Positions 9,590 through 18,940 of a stretch of 64,000 bases of DNA are shown one piece after another. Both the position numbers and the translations under genes were made by a program. The number at the start of each line of letters is the position of its first letter. Position 1 is the first letter of the stretch. Origin of the DNA: Candidatus Versatilivorator sp. (GTDB lineage Bacteria > Acidobacteriota > Terriglobia > Versatilivoradales > Versatilivoraceae); NCBI GenBank assembly GCA_965207735.1, contig OZ242296.1, positions 2,432,001 through 2,496,000 of the forward strand. The letters are read 5' to 3'. The notes under the pieces were generated by a model. That model made no database searches and was not told where the DNA came from. It was given only the letters and a program-made list of their open reading frames with translations.

Positions 9590-11310
9590 CCCCCCCGGCG
9601 AAGCTCCCGGGTGCGCCTTTCGTCCAGGCGGAGCGTGACCGGGTCGACAACCACCCGGTACACCCGCCGGGCCCGCTCCAGGCCGACCTTGCCCTCGCGC
9701 ACATCTCGGGCCACGGCTTGCGGGTCCCGTTGACAGGGATCCCCGTACCCTCCCCCGCCACAGGTGCGGTAGCTGACCACGTCCCCCGGCTGGAGCTGGA
9801 GGGTCACCTTGGAGCCCAGCCGGGTGGCCGCACCCTGCGGATTCAGAACATAGCTGGCCTTGAGTCCGGGCAATCCTCCAAACAGCCCCCAGGGGCCCCA
9901 CCGGTCCCGGTCCGCCAGGATGGTAAAGGAGACGGCGTGATCGGGGAAACAGTAATCGCGGCGCAGTCCCAAACCGCCCCGCTGCCTTCCGGCCCCCTCC
10001 GACTCCTCCACCAGCTCGTAGCGGACGATCCGGACAGGATAATTGATCTCGATCTCCTCCACGGGAGCGTTTTCGGTATTCTGGCCGTGGGCCTGCACGG
10101 CATCGGGACCGTCTCGGGAGACCCGTCCGCCGTAGCCGCCGGCAATGGCCTCGTAGAAAGCGTAGAGCTCACCCGTCCCGGGGTCTGTGCCGCCGAAACC
10201 CACCTGGCACTGCATGGCCTTGGTGCCTGCCGGGACACGTTCGGGCAGAACCGGCGCCAGGGCCTTGAACATCACGTCGGTCAAGCGCGTCTGCGTCTCC
10301 CAGCCACCCACCACCGGGGCCGGAGGCCGGGCGTGGACCACCGTGCCGGCGGGAGCCGTCAGGCTCACCAGGCGGTAAAAGCCGTGGTTGACCGGCACGT
10401 CCGGATCGATCAGGCACTTCAGGACGTAGGCGCAGGCCGAATAGGTCATGGCATAGGTGGAGTTGACGGGGGCCGGCCTCTGAGGGTCGGAGCCGCTCAG
10501 GTCGAACGAGACTCCCCTCTCGTCGATCACCACCCTGGCCACCAGGCGCACCGGCCGATCGGTGAAGCCGTCGTTGTCCACCACACCCTCGGCGGAGAAC
10601 TCCCCCCGGGGAAGGTGAGCCAGTTCCCGGCGCGTTCGCCGCTCGGTATAGGCCAGCAGCTCCTTCTGGCCGGCACGAACCGTTTCGGCTCCCCAGCGGG
10701 TCACCAGGTCTTTCAAGCGGCGCACCCCGGTGACGTTGGCTGCCATCTGAGCCCGGAAATCTCCGGCCGTCTCGTATCTCGAGCGAATCTGGGCCATCAC
10801 CAGCGCAAAGAGGTCCTCGAGCACCTCCCCTCCCCGAACCAGCTTGATGGGAGGAATGATGATCCCCTCCTGGAAAACTTCTCGGAAAGCGCCGATGCTG
10901 GCCGGAGCCCCTCCGCCCACGTCCACGTGATGGGCCAGGTTGGCCACGTAGCCGAAGCACTCTCCCTGGACATGGACGGGCGATATCAGCGTCACGTCGT
11001 TCAAGTGGACGCCGCCCGAATAGGGATCGTTAGTCAGGATGGCGTCGCCCTCTCCCAGCTTTTCGACGCCGTAGGCCCGGACAGCCCTGGGCACCAGTTC
11101 CACCAGAGACCCCAGGTGGACCGCCTGCCCGAAGGCCTGCGCGACGGGTCTCAACTCGCGGTCGAAGTAGGCGCAGGAGAAGTCGGCCCGGGTCTTGATG
11201 TTGGTGGAATAGGCGCTGCGCCTGAGCGACACCGCCATCTCCTCGGTGGCTTCCACCAGCGCGTTGCGGATCACTTCGAATTGAATCGAATCCAATTGAG
11301 AGGACCCCAT
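9568..11310 (-). CDS. Hydantoinase B / 5-oxoprolinase subunit
   Basis: RRSAYSTNIK..DFSCA, NDPYSGGVHLND, HHVDVGG, GGGGYGDP. Confidence 0.93.
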   Translation of the reverse strand: MGSSQLDSIQFEVIRNALVEATEEMAVSLRRSAYSTNIKTRADFSCAYFDRELRPVAQAFGQAVHLGSLVELVPRAVRAYGVEKLGEGDAILTNDPYSGGVHLNDVTLISPVHVQGECFGYVANLAHHVDVGGGAPASIGAFREVFQEGIIIPPIKLVRGGEVLEDLFALVMAQIRSRYETAGDFRAQMAANVTGVRRLKDLVTRWGAETVRAGQKELLAYTERRTRRELAHLPRGEFSAEGVVDNDGFTDRPVRLVARVVIDERGVSFDLSGSDPQRPAPVNSTYAMTYSACAYVLKCLIDPDVPVNHGFYRLVSLTAPAGTVVHARPPAPVVGGWETQTRLTDVMFKALAPVLPERVPAGTKAMQCQVGFGGTDPGTGELYAFYEAIAGGYGGRVSRDGPDAVQAHGQNTENAPVEEIEINYPVRIVRYELVEESEGAGRQRGGLGLRRDYCFPDHAVSFTILADRDRWGPWGLFGGLPGLKASYVLNPQGAATRLGSKVTLQLQPGDVVSYRTCGGGGYGDPCQRDPQAVARDVREGKVGLERARRVYRVVVDPVTLRLDERRTRELRRGGRVESGE

Positions 11311-11508
11311 CTTCGATTCTCCAACCGGCAGTTGTACTCAAGCGGCCGTGTGGCTCGGCAGCACGGCTCCAGCGCCCAGTTTAGTGCAAAGCCGGGTCAA
11401 CGGGAAAAAATTGAGTCGGAACCGGGTGTAAGACAAATTTATGGGGCGAGGGAAGGAGGGGAGCACCAAGCGAATCACTCTCTCTTGCGGATTTGGCGTT
11501 TTTTGAAT

Positions 11509-11528
11509 GAGCCTTTTGCAAAAGGCTC
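11509..11528. repeat. Perfect 20-bp palindrome GAGCCTTTTGCAAAAGGCTC
   Basis: Self-complementary; the first 15 bp recur at 59501. Confidence 0.7.
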
Positions 11529-11759
11529 GAATGGCAGTGCGTTCGTCGCTATCAAGGCAACTACCGGGTGCGCAAGTTTTCCTGCCTCGATCAATTCCTT
11601 TGCGTGGCAGTATCCCTTGTTTTATCCGCATCACGGCCGCCAACGTTCACGATGTCACCCTTTTCGAAAAAGCCTCTATGAATCAAATACTTAAGGAATT
11701 CCCTTGCAACAAGAAGGCTCCATATCCTGGAAGGAGTTGATATTGTTCAAGTCTTAACC

Positions 11760-11773
11760 GGACAGTACTGTCC
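11760..11773. promoter_or_regulatory. Candidate operator palindrome GGACAGTACTGTCC
   Basis: Perfect 14-bp palindrome in the AT-rich region about 90 bp upstream of the large protease gene. Confidence 0.35.
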
Positions 11774-11865
11774 TAAAGTGCTATTGTTTCAGACACTTAA
11801 TCGATTCGGGACGCTCTCGCTAAACGGGAATGCTAACGAAAGCTTGCAACGAGTTAGGGGAAACG

Positions 11866-14800
11866 ATGACCCACAGGAAGAAGACACCCTGCTCGTTGAC
11901 GGTTTTGCTTCTGACCGGACTTGGCATTTCTGTCAGCCCCCATCAAGTCCTGACCCGCACGGCCGAAGTCTCGAGGGCTCTGAACCCAGTTCTGTCGCAC
12001 TACGAAGTCCTTCTTCTTGAACCCGGTGAAATCGAACTGCAGGTTCGCACAACCGGAAAGTTGCGGTTCCGGTTCAACGAGACCGACTTCTATATCAACC
12101 TCGAGCCTCACAACATGCGGGGTCCCCACTACCGGTCTGTGGCGACGGGCTCCGGAGGGCGGCGGCGGTCGCTACCTACTCAGCCGGTGCACACCTTCAA
12201 GGGAGTGCTGGCGGGAAGCGAAGACACCAGAGGCCGATTCAACCTCACCGATGACGGGGTCGAGGGAGTCGTCTTCGCCCCCGAGGGCCGGTACTACATG
12301 GAGCCGTTGCGGAACTACCTCCCCAGCGCCCCGGCGGGAGAACTGGTGGTCTACAGGGAGGCAGACATCAAACAGGGAGAGGACCTAAAGTGCGATGTGT
12401 CGCTGCCCCAGCGCCTGCAGATGGGGGTGGCACGGGTGGAGGACCAAGCGGAAACTGTCTCATCCACCAATCCGACGAATTACGTGGTCGACGTGGCGAC
12501 AGAAGCCGATTACGAGTATGTGCAGGAAATGGGAGGAGTGGTCCAAGCCAACCGCAACATTGAGGGCATCCTGAACTATGTGGAGGGGGTTTTTCAGCAC
12601 GAGCTGCTGGTTCAACTGCAGATCAGTTTCCAGCATGCCTGGGATACGGAAGAGGATCCCTACACCGCAACGGACTTACCCCATTTGTTGGTAGAGCTAG
12701 ATGATCATTGGATAGAGAATTTCCAAGCAGCGAGAGACTCTGACATCATACATCTCTGGACTGGAAGGTCCTTCGCCAGACGGGATGGAAGAGCTCATGG
12801 GAGGGTGTGTGGCAGATCAGGACGTTACGCTAGTTCTGCCTCAGAGCACCAAAATTACCTGGCAAGAGATTACGCCATTCCCGCTCATGAAATCGGGCAC
12901 AATCTCGGAGCCAGCCATCCCTGGGAGCAAATCCCGCCAGTCGCAGCCTGCTCTCGAACCGTCATGTCTTCAGGTGCGGGAGAGGTGACATTCTGCCAGT
13001 TCTCTCGAGACGAGATTGCCCGGCACCTCGCACGGCACAACAGTTGTCTCGACACTCAACCCATCACACTGCAGGCACCAACAAGTCTCTCAGCTCAGGC
13101 AGCTTCCTCATCCGGCATCAACCTGGCCTGGCGGGACAACAGCACCAACGAAACGGGCTTCATTGTGCAGCGTCGTAGGCTCGGTTCCGACAAGTGGGTT
13201 CAGATCGGAACGACGGCAGCCGATGCAGAAACCTATTCGAGTGACGGATTGTTTCCCCATTCCACCTATATCTACCGTGTGCAAGCCTTCAATGAGAGTG
13301 GATCGTCCGCCTACTCGAACGAAGCTGCAGCAACCACTCTGGCTGGAACCTCGACCGGTAACGACTGGACAATTCATACGATCGCTGGGAGAACAGATAA
13401 TGACGGAGACAACGGCGCGGCGGGCCGGGCACGGCTAGGCGATCCCCAAGGCATAGCGTTAGACAAGTCGGGAAACCTCTATATCGCCGATTCCTTAAAC
13501 AACCGGATCCGGCGGGTGGACACCTCGGGCACGATTACGACGGTTGTGGGGTCGGGGAAGAGAGGTTTCAGCGGGGACGGCGGACCGGCCGTAGCCGCGC
13601 AACTGAATTGGCCCTTCGGCGTGGCGGTGGACGGGTCGGGAAGCCTGTATATAGCAGATTATGCGAACCAGCGAATCCGGCGAGTGGATAGCTCCGGGAT
13701 CATCACCACCATCGCGGGCAACGGGGGGAGAGGCTACGGCGAAGATAGTGGCGAACCAGCGATTCGGGTTTCACTCACTTGGCCGTACGGCGTGGCGGTG
13801 GACACCTCGGGCAACGTCTATATCGCCACTACGGGCGACCACAGGGTTTTTAGGTTGGACATCTCCGGATTCATTACCACCGTCGCGGGGACCCGGGAGG
13901 CCGGCTTTAGCGGGGACGGAGGCCCTGCAGTCGATGCTGCCCTGGATTGGACCCCAGCAGTGGCGCTTGACGGAGCAGGCAACGTCTATATCGCCGATGG
14001 CGGGAATCGCCGGGTGCGGCGGGTGGACACCTCCGGGACCATCACGACCGTCGCAGGATCGGGGGAGGAGGGCTACGGCGGAGACGGGGGTCCGGCTATC
14101 AGGGCACAGCTGGGCGTTCCCGTTAGCTTGGCTGTCGACGCGGAAGGCAACCTCTATATCTCTGATTCCTCAGAGCGCAGAATCCGGCGGGTGGATGCGA
14201 CGGGAAACATTACGAACGTAGCGGGAATTGGGGAAAGCGGCTACCGTGGAGATGGGGGACCAGCCGTCAGGGCATGGCTCTACGATCCCTTCGGGATAGC
14301 CCTTGACAAGCCAGGCAACCTCTATATCGCCGATAGCGGGAATCGTCGGGTGCGGCGGGTAGACACCTCCGGGATCATCACGACCGTCGCAGGATCGGGG
14401 GAGGAAGGCTACGGCGGAGACGGGGGTCCGGCCGTTGAAGCACAACTAGGCGGAGCCGTCCGTGTGGCCGTAGACGGCTCGGGGACTCTCTACATCAGCG
14501 ATGCGCAGTATCACCGCATCCGAAGGGTAAACGCGTCTGGAACCATCACCAGCGTTGTGTCGGAAACAATCCAGCCCCAGGGGTTGGCCGTAGACGGTTC
14601 GGGAAACCTCTATATCGCGCAGTTTACGAGAGTCCTTCGATTAGACACCTCGGGGACCGTCACCACCGTCGCAGGAACCGGAGAGCTCGGCTTCAGCGGG
14701 GACGGAGGTGCGGCAGTCGAGGCAAGACTGAACGGGCTCCGAGACGTGGCGATAGACGCTTCGGGAAATCTCTACATCGCCGATTCCTACAACCAAAGAA

Positions 14801-17175
14801 TCCGGCGAGTGGATACTTCGGGTATCATCACTACCGTCGTAGGAATTGGCCCGGGAATTGACGAAGGAGGTTCCGGCTTGGCAACCGAGGCCGTGCTAAA
14901 CACGCCTGGAGGCGTAGCGGTGGACCGCTTGGGCAATCTTTACATCGCCGACACAATCAAGAACCGGATAAAGCGGGTAGACACCTCAGGCATCATTAGC
15001 ACCATTGCGGGGACAGGGGAAGAGGGCTTCAGTGGTGACGGTGGCCCGGCGGTTGAGGCGGATCTGTACCATCCTCAAGGAATAGCGGTCGACCTCTCAG
15101 GCAATGTGTACTTCGCCGATCAGGGGAACCATCGCGTTCGCATGTTGACGAATCCTTCGACCGCCACTCCGCCTTCGACTCCCGCCAACCTGACGGCAAA
15201 GGCGGTTTCTGCCTCAGAGATCAACTTAAATTGGCAGGACACCAGCAGCAATGAGATAGGGTTTAGAGTACAGCGACGGCTAGAAGACTCTACCGGTTGG
15301 GTTCAGATTGGAACCGTAGCGGCCAACGCGACAACATTTTCGGATGTCGGCTTATCGCCCGGCACCTCCTATATCTATCGGGTACAGGCCTTCAACCGCA
15401 CGCACTTCTCCACCTTCTCTAATGAGGCGCGGGCAACAACCGTGGCAGTATTGCCCCCGACCCTCATCCGATTCACCCCGGCAATCGGGGCTGTAGGCAC
15501 AAGGGTCACCTTGACCGGAACCCATTTTCTCGGCACCAGTGATGTCCGGTTCAACGGAGTCAGTGCCGTTGTGTTCGAGGTTGTATCGGAGACCAGCATT
15601 GAGGGGGTAGTGCCGCCGGGGGCAACCAGCGGCCCGATCAGCGTGGTGACTCCTGGAGGAATGGCGGAAAGCGCCGAACCCTTTACGGTCACAACCAGAA
15701 TCCAGAGCCGCCTGTTCGTGCCCGTCGTACTGCGGTCTCAGGGGCGTACCCCCGGTTCCTTGTTCACTTCCGAGCTAACTCTCACCAACCGGGGATCGAC
15801 GAAAGCAAACATCGGCTACACCTATACGGCGGCCTTCGGAGGAGGCTCAAACACGGCTGTAGATTCCCTGGAGCCTGGGGGGCAACGGGTCATTCCCGAC
15901 GCCATTGCCTATCTGAAATCCCTGGGCGTTCCCATCGGAACCGGTTCGGCAGGCGGCACGCTGGCGGTCGATTTCTCCAACCTTTCCTCTCCTTCAGATG
16001 CCGCTGTCACCGTGAGAGTCACCACACCGGTCGAACAGGGACGGGCCGGTCTGGCCTATGTGGGACTGAATCCTGCCGGCCTTAACACTACCCCTGATCT
16101 TATCACTGGACTGCGGCAGAATAGGCAGGATCGCTCCAACGTGGCTCTTCAAAACGCGGGGGATGCCAGCGAGGGAAGCATCACTCTCAGAGTAACGGTT
16201 TTCTCCGGAGACTCGCCCGCGCCGGAGCAGGGTTTTATCTTGCCGGATCGAACCCTGGCACCGGGAGGGTTCCATCAATTCGACGGCATTCTAAACATGG
16301 CCGGTTTTGAGAATGGCTTTGTGAAGGTGGAACGGGTGAGGGGGACCGCGCCGTTCTATGCCTACGGGGTCGTCAATGACAATTTCAACTCGGACGGTTC
16401 TTTCGTCTTTCCGGTCACAGCCGCGGCGCTGGCAGGCAAGCTGCAACAGACTCTGCCAGTGATCGTCGAGACGGTGGAGTTCTCAAGCGAGCTGACGGTG
16501 ACGAACTTTTCCGACCAAGCCAAGACGCTTCATTTCAGCTTCGTCGCCGACGGACTCACGACCCGCGACCGCACGGCCCGATTCAGCCTTACGCTCGAAG
16601 CTGGCCATCAGCGGATCATTCCCGAAGTCATCGACAGCGAATTGCGGCAGAAAGGCGTGGAAGGCCTGCGCTCGTCAAAGGGCGGTCTGGCCGGCGCCCT
16701 GTTCGCCACGGTGGAAAGCGGCGATATGAGCGGGATCGTAATCGGGGCACGCACCAGTTCCTCTGACGGCGACGGCGGCCAATACGGCGTCTTCTACCCA
16801 GCGGTGCCGGACGGGGCGGCCTTCACTACCAGCGCATGGGTCGGCGGCCTGCAGCAGGACGGGGAGAACCGCAGTAACCTGGCCCTGGTCAATACCGCTG
16901 TAATCGACGACACCGACAGCGTCTTTGACCTCGATATCTATGACGGGGAGACCGGCAGGCGGGTCCAAACGGTCACGACCGAACCGCTTCCCGCCCGGCG
17001 CTGGCGCCAGATCAACGCGATCCTAGCCGACCATGCCCCCGGAACCGGGCAGGGCTATATTCGGATCCGCAAAACTTCCGGCAGCAACCCGTTCCTGGCC
17101 TATGGGGTGGTCAACGACGGCGGAACTCCGGGCGAGCGTAGCGGCGACGGAGCCTTCGTACCGGCCCGGGAATAG
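11866..17175 (+). CDS. Large secreted multidomain protein: reprolysin-like (M12) zinc protease, FN3, NHL repeats, FN3, IPT/TIG, repeated C-terminal module
   Basis: Signal-like N-terminus; HEIGHNLGASH zinc motif; two WxDxSxNExGF..Y.YRVQAFN FN3 domains; about 10 GNLYIADxxNxRIRRVD repeats; GTRVTLTG..F IPT domain. Confidence 0.88.
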   Translation: MTHRKKTPCSLTVLLLTGLGISVSPHQVLTRTAEVSRALNPVLSHYEVLLLEPGEIELQVRTTGKLRFRFNETDFYINLEPHNMRGPHYRSVATGSGGRRRSLPTQPVHTFKGVLAGSEDTRGRFNLTDDGVEGVVFAPEGRYYMEPLRNYLPSAPAGELVVYREADIKQGEDLKCDVSLPQRLQMGVARVEDQAETVSSTNPTNYVVDVATEADYEYVQEMGGVVQANRNIEGILNYVEGVFQHELLVQLQISFQHAWDTEEDPYTATDLPHLLVELDDHWIENFQAARDSDIIHLWTGRSFARRDGRAHGRVCGRSGRYASSASEHQNYLARDYAIPAHEIGHNLGASHPWEQIPPVAACSRTVMSSGAGEVTFCQFSRDEIARHLARHNSCLDTQPITLQAPTSLSAQAASSSGINLAWRDNSTNETGFIVQRRRLGSDKWVQIGTTAADAETYSSDGLFPHSTYIYRVQAFNESGSSAYSNEAAATTLAGTSTGNDWTIHTIAGRTDNDGDNGAAGRARLGDPQGIALDKSGNLYIADSLNNRIRRVDTSGTITTVVGSGKRGFSGDGGPAVAAQLNWPFGVAVDGSGSLYIADYANQRIRRVDSSGIITTIAGNGGRGYGEDSGEPAIRVSLTWPYGVAVDTSGNVYIATTGDHRVFRLDISGFITTVAGTREAGFSGDGGPAVDAALDWTPAVALDGAGNVYIADGGNRRVRRVDTSGTITTVAGSGEEGYGGDGGPAIRAQLGVPVSLAVDAEGNLYISDSSERRIRRVDATGNITNVAGIGESGYRGDGGPAVRAWLYDPFGIALDKPGNLYIADSGNRRVRRVDTSGIITTVAGSGEEGYGGDGGPAVEAQLGGAVRVAVDGSGTLYISDAQYHRIRRVNASGTITSVVSETIQPQGLAVDGSGNLYIAQFTRVLRLDTSGTVTTVAGTGELGFSGDGGAAVEARLNGLRDVAIDASGNLYIADSYNQRIRRVDTSGIITTVVGIGPGIDEGGSGLATEAVLNTPGGVAVDRLGNLYIADTIKNRIKRVDTSGIISTIAGTGEEGFSGDGGPAVEADLYHPQGIAVDLSGNVYFADQGNHRVRMLTNPSTATPPSTPANLTAKAVSASEINLNWQDTSSNEIGFRVQRRLEDSTGWVQIGTVAANATTFSDVGLSPGTSYIYRVQAFNRTHFSTFSNEARATTVAVLPPTLIRFTPAIGAVGTRVTLTGTHFLGTSDVRFNGVSAVVFEVVSETSIEGVVPPGATSGPISVVTPGGMAESAEPFTVTTRIQSRLFVPVVLRSQGRTPGSLFTSELTLTNRGSTKANIGYTYTAAFGGGSNTAVDSLEPGGQRVIPDAIAYLKSLGVPIGTGSAGGTLAVDFSNLSSPSDAAVTVRVTTPVEQGRAGLAYVGLNPAGLNTTPDLITGLRQNRQDRSNVALQNAGDASEGSITLRVTVFSGDSPAPEQGFILPDRTLAPGGFHQFDGILNMAGFENGFVKVERVRGTAPFYAYGVVNDNFNSDGSFVFPVTAAALAGKLQQTLPVIVETVEFSSELTVTNFSDQAKTLHFSFVADGLTTRDRTARFSLTLEAGHQRIIPEVIDSELRQKGVEGLRSSKGGLAGALFATVESGDMSGIVIGARTSSSDGDGGQYGVFYPAVPDGAAFTTSAWVGGLQQDGENRSNLALVNTAVIDDTDSVFDLDIYDGETGRRVQTVTTEPLPARRWRQINAILADHAPGTGQGYIRIRKTSGSNPFLAYGVVNDGGTPGERSGDGAFVPARE

Positions 17176-17397
17176 CGCTGCAGCTTCACAGGATGGTCCC
17201 CTGCTCAGTTGCATCACTGAGCCACGGCAACTCCTTGCCCCACCGATCTTGACTTCGGTGATCAGCGAGGAGTTACTCGCTTCATGTCCATTCGTGGTTC
17301 TTCGTGCCTCTTCTTAGCTGGCTATTCTCCCTCAATTGCTTGTCGGTCTGAGGCGAGGCTTCTATAAGCTTCATTTCCAATGGAAACGCCTGGCGAG

Positions 17398-18702
17398 ATG
17401 GTTGAATTCCCGCGGATGTTCCGAGTCCGGCAGCACTTCGAGGGACCCGAGTTGGCCGACGTCGCCATCGCGGTCGACTCCGAACTCTCAGGTCTTTCAC
17501 TGAGGGAGAAGGTCAGGCCCGGCCAGAGGGTGGCCATCACCGCCGGAAGTCGAGGGATCGCCAACATCGGCCGGATCCTCCAGGCCGCCGTGCGCCACTT
17601 CCGGCGACTGGGCGCCAATCCCTTCATCGTTCCGGCCATGGGCAGCCACGGCGGCGGGACCGCACAGGGACAGCGCAACATCCTCGAGTCCTACGGAATC
17701 ACCGAGGAATTCTGCGGCTGCCCCATCCGATCCAGCATGGAAACCGTGGTGGTTTGCCGGGCCTCCGAAGGATTCCCGGTCCATTTCGACAAGCAGGCCT
17801 TCCAGGCCGACCACGTGGTGGTCTGCAATCGGGTCAAGCCCCATACGCTCTTCACGGGCGAGGTCGAGAGCGGCCTCATGAAGATGATGCTGATCGGGCT
17901 GGGCAAGCACGACGGAGCCCGAATCTATCATCGGGCCATCAAGGACTACAGCTTCGGTCAAATCGTCGGCAGCGTGGCCCGGGAGGTCCTCTCGAAATGC
18001 TCCATTCTGGCCGGGCTGGCCGTGGTGGAGAACAGCTACGGGCGGACCGCCGGGATCCGGGCGCTCGGGCCCGAGGCTCTGCTGGAGGGAGAGAAGGCCC
18101 TGCTGCGAGAGGCCAGGCGCTGGATGCCCCGTCTTCCCTTCCAGGCGGCGGATATCCTGCTGGTGGACGAGATCGGCAAGAACATCAGCGGTTCGGGGCT
18201 GGACCTGAACGTGGTCGGCCGCAAGCACCTGTGGCACAGCCCGGCGGAGCACGAGGTCCCCAAGATCCGGACAATCGCGATCCGGGACCTGAGCGCCCTG
18301 ACTCACGGCAGCGCCGTCGGCATCGGAACGGTGGAGTTCTGCCGCCGCCGGGCCCTGGAAAAGATGGATGTCGGCATGACCCGCGTCAATGCCTTGACCG
18401 GAGGGTTCGCCATGGAGGCCATGCTTCCGCTGGACTACCCCACCGACCGCGAAATGCTCCGGGTGATGCTGTCCCAGATCGGTCTCACCGAGCCGCCCGA
18501 CGCCAAGCTGCTCTGGATTCGCAACACCATGTCCCTGGCCGAGGTCGAATGTTCGGCCGCCTACCTCCAGGAAGCCCGCGGCCGCGAGGACCTTGCCATT
18601 CTCACCGACCCACGCCCCCTTCCATTCAGTGCAGAGGGCAACCTGGACGACAGCCACATGCAGGCCGGCAGCCCGCTTGCTGGGGCGGCGCGGGCCGGGT
18701 GA
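17398..18702 (+). CDS. LarA (lactate racemase) domain / DUF2088-type protein
   Basis: GSRGIANI, PAMGSHGGGT, NRVKPHT, ESGLMKM..IGLGK, GKNISGSG. Confidence 0.8.
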   Translation: MVEFPRMFRVRQHFEGPELADVAIAVDSELSGLSLREKVRPGQRVAITAGSRGIANIGRILQAAVRHFRRLGANPFIVPAMGSHGGGTAQGQRNILESYGITEEFCGCPIRSSMETVVVCRASEGFPVHFDKQAFQADHVVVCNRVKPHTLFTGEVESGLMKMMLIGLGKHDGARIYHRAIKDYSFGQIVGSVAREVLSKCSILAGLAVVENSYGRTAGIRALGPEALLEGEKALLREARRWMPRLPFQAADILLVDEIGKNISGSGLDLNVVGRKHLWHSPAEHEVPKIRTIAIRDLSALTHGSAVGIGTVEFCRRRALEKMDVGMTRVNALTGGFAMEAMLPLDYPTDREMLRVMLSQIGLTEPPDAKLLWIRNTMSLAEVECSAAYLQEARGREDLAILTDPRPLPFSAEGNLDDSHMQAGSPLAGAARAG

Positions 18703-18830
18703 CGGCCGGAAAGACCGGCGAGCTCGAGGATGCCCCGAAACCGCTTGCCAAGCCATCGAAGCGCTCGGTAAGATCCCTCCAACCGGCGGGAATTCGAGAA
18801 TCTTTCAAGCCGGCGAATCCATCCGAAAGC

Positions 18831-18907
18831 GGGCCTGTAGCTCAGCAGGATAGAGCAGCGGTTTCCTAAACCGAAGGTCGGGGGTTCGAATCCCTCCAGG
18901 CCTACCA
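18831..18907 (+). tRNA. tRNA-Arg(CCT)
   Basis: GGGCCTG acceptor stem, TAGCTCAG D-arm, anticodon loop TT-CCT-AA, GGTTCGAATCC T-arm, encoded CCA. Confidence 0.96.
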
Positions 18908-18940
18908 TTCACCTGAAGTGTCAGAGTCTATCAGGAAAAC

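Noticed and set aside
13400-15150. Diversity-generating retroelement template/variable repeats
   Set aside because: The repeats are in-frame NHL coding repeats, differences are not confined to adenines, and no reverse transcriptase is present
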